The notes beneath the pieces are model-generated. The model was given only the letters and a program-made list of their open reading frames with translations. It had not been told where the DNA came from and did no database searches. A DNA stretch of 64,000 nt from Lingula anatina (taxonomy: Eukaryota; Animalia; Brachiopoda): the NCBI GenBank assembly GCA_051362555.1, contig CM120642.1:23622001-23686000 (forward strand), read 5' to 3'. Of this stretch, positions 58,544-64,000 are shown in pieces. Within the stretch, counting starts at the first letter, position 1. Each line of letters opens with the position of its first letter. The position numbers were made by a program, and so were the translations under genes.

Positions 58544-61500
58544 TTAGAAAATCTTCCTAGACGTCTTGACTTCTCCGACTATTGGCTTGGCCTGGTTACT
58601 CATCCTTTCCAATTCCTGGTCTGCAACTCTTGTGATAGATTCACGTATCACCCCCTTGCACTGGAATATTAAAAAAGATCCTAAAATGAAGTTTTAACTA
58701 ACATATCCCCAACTCACCGTCTTACGACTTAAATGGAGAACATACTGAGAGTTAACATTGTTCTTAATTAGACTGCAGAAACAAAACGATATCCACTTTG
58801 TTAAATAAAGGTTTGATGTTTTTACTAGCAGTAGCAGTAGTAGAAGTATTTATTTCAGAGAAAATATACAATTTGTAACACTAAATATAATATGCGAGCG
58901 GAGTAATTTCTTTTTAGCGTAGTGGATGCTGCTTAGATGACTTTATTTACACTACACAGCTGTAATAAACACTTAAAATGTAATAAACTGTAAGAAACAA
59001 TCAGAATATATAATTTGAAGACAAAAATGGTAATTTAACTTACTAGTCTATTTACATATTTCAGATAAAAAAAAAACAATTTCATTTCTGTCAAATTCAC
59101 ACCCGGCATGAATTTTCATGCCACTTACCCAGGCAAAGAAGGTGGCAATCATGACGCTCACTTCCTTCAGTTTCTCCAGCTCGAAGCCTTCCAGTAGTTT
59201 TTTGGCGTTCAGGGCAGTGTCGATGGTGAGGTTGGTCACGTCGAACTGTTTGATCTTCTCTTTAACATGCTCTGCGAGTAGCGCACGAACCTTCTGCCAG
59301 CTCTGGAATTTCGAGAAAGATTTTATTTAAAAAAAATGAAAAATAATTGTATTTTGGGTAAAAGACTTGCCCTATCCCTTATCAAAGACAACCTAGGATT
59401 TACTAATCTAGTTTTTAGACAAACATACTGAGCTAAACGCGGGGTAAATTGCTATATTTGCTATATTTACCCTGGGACGAATCCCACTCCCTCCCTTCGG
59501 TAGAACGATTTCGCCGACTTTTAATTTTTAATGAAAACATGAATTTCAAATTTACTCCAATGCGTCTATTGTAACTTGGTTGACACACAACCCTAAATAT
59601 GTTACACAGTTTTTGTCTAGCTTTCCATTTTACCTGGAGTTCATTTTCATCATGCCCCAGTAGCATGAAGGTAGCTATCATGACTTGATGGATAGTATTG
59701 GAAGGGTGGTTGTACGCCTTTATCTCCGCGATGGTCTTCTGGTTAAGCTTGTCCACCTGTAAATATGTTATTACTGTCCTTTATCAAAAGTTACATTTGA
59801 AGTCGAATAAAAATGGATCAAAACAGTGGTAATAATAAAATCGACATATATCGGCATAATTAAATACAAAAATTCGATTCGATTTCGATTTCATCAATAA
59901 TTTGTTATTATTAAACGTCTCTTCAAGATTTAAAAAAAAAAAACTAAACTAACCAGATGACACGTGGAAAAAATGCAGAGAGTGTACGAAAATAGATCTA
60001 TCTTTCATGAACGACCTCGTCTTTAACAATTTAGTCAAACTTGAGCCAACACAACATTTGAAGGAATGCCCTTACTTCTTTCTTTAGTAGATCAAGGTTG
60101 GTCAGCTCTTCAAATATCCTTGTCCCCAACTCGAGTAGTTTGTCCATCTCGTGATTTAGGTTGTTCACGGCGCCTTGTGCAAGAGCTTTCTCCAGGTCGT
60201 CAAGATGGCGTCTCTTCATGGCACTGACAAGGTCTGAAACATTTATGGAACACAATTGCTGTAGTTTAAACTAATTTTGTATTAATCAACAAGAATTTTC
60301 TCTTCATTCGATGAAACTGAAAACAATAAAGAAGACAAAACATATTTTCCTGCTTTCATTCATTTTTCATTTGGACTGATAAATTCCCGAGTTCTTTTGT
60401 TTTTAAAATATGATGTAAACATGTATAGTACTATAATGTTTACAAAGGTTCAACCAAGGACGTTTTTGACCATCTTAACGCATTCAAGGTCAATGCAAAA
60501 CTCCATATTACTTATGCTCTCCCAGGTTTTAACTTACCTTCTTTTGCTTTGTGGAAGTTAAGAAGGTCTGTAGCCTTTTGTGCATAGTCTTCGGGGTCTT
60601 GGACATCGTTATTCTTATATTCCTCAATAGCGTCCCCAAGTTCTTTAATTCGAATTGGATCTCGTCCCATTTCTTGCTTCAAAGTGCGGCGGAGGAGCTG
60701 GTGGTGTTCGGCTGGAAATTTTGAATAATAATAATAATAATAATTTGCAAGCCCTCTTCACTAATTGGCAAAATAGAACACAAGGATAGTTGAAATCAAA
60801 CAGAATACAACAGACGCATAAAATATATATACTACATTTCTGATCAGTTATATCACTGAGGTTTGAATACAAAACCCTGGTATCATGTACACGTTTGATG
60901 ATTACCAAATGTGACAGGTGAAATAAAGAACGGGTTCACTTTCAAGGCAAAGAAAACTGAAATGTTGGCGGTAACTCTGCACTAAAACGGACTTGGCGTG
61001 CGTTTCCTTATTTACGTCCTCATTAAGACCAATGTCTATTTCAAATTACCCATTCGCTGGAAGCACTATATGCAGATCGATTTTTAGATTGAAAAAAGAA
61101 TAGCGACTACTTCAATGGCATATCTCCTAAAAAAAAAGCCTTTATGCACTTCCCCGAAGATTGACGCCCTTTATTGCCAAATCAACACCGATTTACTGTT
61201 AATTAACGATAACTATGTCTGTGGCTTTAACTGGTACAAAATGTGCTTTTATAGTTAACATAATTTTTTCTCCATCAATCACGGATAGTAGATATTGTTA
61301 TTTAGCAAGGACATGTATAAAATACCTCGCTTTCTCTCCTCTTCATCTGCCGCATCCTCCACGAAATCTGGCTCATCCTTAGTACAAAGAAATAAAAATG
61401 TATATTAAAAACAAGCAATACATGGTTTCAAACGTCTTTATAATTTAAAATGTGCAAATGAGATACATGTTGTTCTAAAGCGCCGATGAAAAGAGAACAC

Positions 61501-63789
61501 AAATTTCATTTAAAAAAAGGCCAGTTACTTATTCAGAAAATCACAGCAAACTAACCTCGAATGACGGCTGTTTTTTCGTAAGAGTCCAGGCCTGTACTTT
61601 GGTAATGGCGTTCTCCTGAGTTCTTTCAAAGAAATTGAGTGTAAATTCTCCGTCTTTTCCCATCTCGAGGGTGACGACTGATTCCCCCTTTTCGTTACAA
61701 CCCAAGGAGACCTGAAAAAGAAAAAAGATTGGTAGACATTACTGGTTGAACCCACAAATATGCCCCCTCCCCTACCCTTTGACAAATTATTGACAGAATA
61801 AAAATAAAGAGTAATAACATTCAATACTACACCAATGAAAACCTATACGTGAGATAATGCCCATGTCAGCGCATGTATTAATCTGCCCTAAGCACGCCTG
61901 AGACCTCTTACCTGATGGGTGTCGAATGCATCGTGAGCATTTTTTCGCCTTAACTCCGCAAACATGTCTGTGATTCGCTTATTTTTCCACATCTCTTCCT
62001 CTAGCTTGTATTCAACTTTAGGATTCACAACCTCTTTCTTTTCTGGTTCTGCGGCAACTGGTACTGCCTCCCCCTCGGGAGCGTCAAGATCGGTGAACTC
62101 TTCGAGATCCATGTTTTCAGCCGAAGACACAATAAGGGCGTTGTAGGCATTGAAGAGCCGAGGAGAGTTTTCGTTAGTTCTGCAAGCCAGGATGTTGAAC
62201 GAGTATTCCCCGCCTTTTGGCAGACCCAGGTCGAAAGCCACGTTGTTTTCATCAATATTACGACGACGTAGAAGCTTCTGCAAGACCTCGTCGGGCACAT
62301 CGGCGTGATGAACCTCGCAGAACAATTCAATGGAGGTACCCACTTGGAATTCTACCGTCACCTCTCCCTGGTCGGTGTTAATCAGACCCCCGGGATGGCT
62401 GGTACAGGACACCCCCAACTTGTCACTGAGTGCATCCTTGCCTAGAATGCCCGTGTTGAGTTTGGGGAAGGGCTTGATGTCGGGGTTATCGTTACTGCAA
62501 CGGATGAGATAATTACACACATTTGGCACGTCTCCTAGCATGCCTTCTCCAATGGCATTTATCTTAAGAGCATACTCCCCCTTTTTAGGAAGGCGCACGT
62601 TGACGGTGGCTACCCCGTTTTCGTTCCTGGTGGTGACGTAATCCTTAAGAGCGTGCTCATCCATGCCGTTGCTGACCAGACTGTGTTCTAAGTCAACGCC
62701 TACTGTGCAGTCAAATTTTATTTCCAAGGTACCGTCGCTAGTCTCGATGACAGCTTGATCGTGAGTGGTTGGTACCATTCCGACCTCCTCTGTTTCCTCA
62801 TTGGGGCCGTAGCCGATCTCTGGGTTATCTGGAAGAGGCTCGCATTTCTTCTTTGCCTCGGGACAATCTATAATGTACGAGGAGACGAGCTTGAAATCTT
62901 CATGCTTTCTCTTGGCTTTTCCGTGAATGTCCATTTTAAACCTGCCTGTAATCGGCAGACCCACGGTGTATCGGATTTTCCGCCGGGAACTTTCGACAAA
63001 AACGAAATTTTCGAGTCTGTTATGGACTTCTTTTTCTTCTTCTTCATCATCATCTTCATCATCACCATCGGCGAAGCCTTTTAATGATTTGGATATTCTG
63101 TACATAAACACCAACCCACTTTTGGGTTTGAACGAAAATTCTATGTCGATTTCGCCTTCCGTGGTCTGCAATACACACTGACGTTGACTGCGGTCGTTCA
63201 TTGATAAGTCCATTTCAAAGAACCGTTCTCTCAGATACACAGCTTTCTCGAAGTCCTGAAAACTAATAGGATCTGACAGAAGTTGCCACTTTGCATCGTC
63301 AGGCAAGTGAGTGTAAATGAGAGCAGAAGGGTCGGTCAAAAAATAAAACTCGTTCGTCCAGTGTTTGATTTCTTCTTCAGCTAACTGATCTTCTTCTTCT
63401 TCCTCTTCATTTCTGATAGCCTACAAAAAGAGTTGACATTCCATCAAGTTACAGCAATTTTTATATTTTTTTTTCATCTACAGAACATTAGGAATGCTGC
63501 AAGGTTTGCAATGTTCTAATAGGCCTAAGACATATCAATCTTGTATTACAGATTTTAATTTTCACTATTATTTCTCACCCTTCCATCATTTTCCAGCAAT
63601 TGCCACTCAGATTTCCCCTGGCCAACTACGCACGTGGACGCCCAGAAAACGTCCACCAGGTGCCACTCGTCTTCAACATAAACCGCATTCCACTGTCCAC
63701 GCATCTTATCGGGTTGCACGGGTTCCCCCAAGGTGTAGGCAGAACTTTTATTTACACCAGTGATAATTTCGCAAGGCACTTGAGCGCAT
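58544..63789 (-). CDS. Hillarin / kyphoscoliosis-peptidase family transglutaminase-like protein (3' part; 5' exons outside the window)
   Basis: Exons 63579-63789, 61912-63420, 61556-61711, 61326-61377, 60538-60711, 60076-60233, 59634-59756, 59129-59302 and 58544-58660; GT-AG and in phase. Motifs GVNKSSAY, QWNAVYVEDEWHLVDVFW, NEFYFLTDP...THLPDDAKWQLL and repeated LP..GEYAL.I.A Ig-like modules. Confidence 0.88.
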
Positions 63790-64000
63790 CTGAAGGGGAG
63801 ATGCAACGTATTCGAATCCATGTCTTATAATTATCTTAAAGGTTGCTTTATTGTTTAGTGTTTCCTAGATTATAGTGAATATAACTGCTGAGCAGAACAA
63901 GAATATAAATATGTGGACCTATTTCTTTTCTTAAATCTCTGGTTTTATTCTAGGAAAATAATTATTTATATATTTTAATATAAGGGCATAGATTCATTAC

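Overview
AT-rich, intron-containing animal genomic DNA, probably a marine lophotrochozoan such as a mollusc (inferred from gene and repeat content). Five protein genes can be built by hand with GT-AG introns and consistent phases. (1) A complete 14-exon XPR1 phosphate exporter (minus, 10311-31936, about 660 aa). (2) Head-to-head with it, an about 1497-aa disordered protein with a C-terminal Par6-like PDZ resembling KIAA1614, the neighbour of XPR1 in human (plus, 36082-43868). (3) A single-coding-exon somatomedin-B/class-B-like GPCR (minus, 46921-49254). (4) A SUEL-lectin single-pass membrane protein (plus, 55871-57001). (5) The 3' part of a hillarin/KY-type transglutaminase-like gene whose C-terminus resembles a dynein microtubule-binding domain (minus, 58544-63789, open to the right). 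The first 5 kb is a patchwork of decayed DIRS, hAT, piggyBac and P-like fragments. Positions 5.9-20.5 kb hold three full and one partial non-autonomous Helentron-type (HINE/DINE-1-like) elements. Their 146-bp internal satellite is packed with nuclear-receptor AGGTCA sites, and one lineage carries a nested IS3EU-like MITE. Several other MITEs and two candidate alternative first exons that would give SPX-less XPR1 isoforms were also found. All family assignments rest on motif recognition, not database searches.
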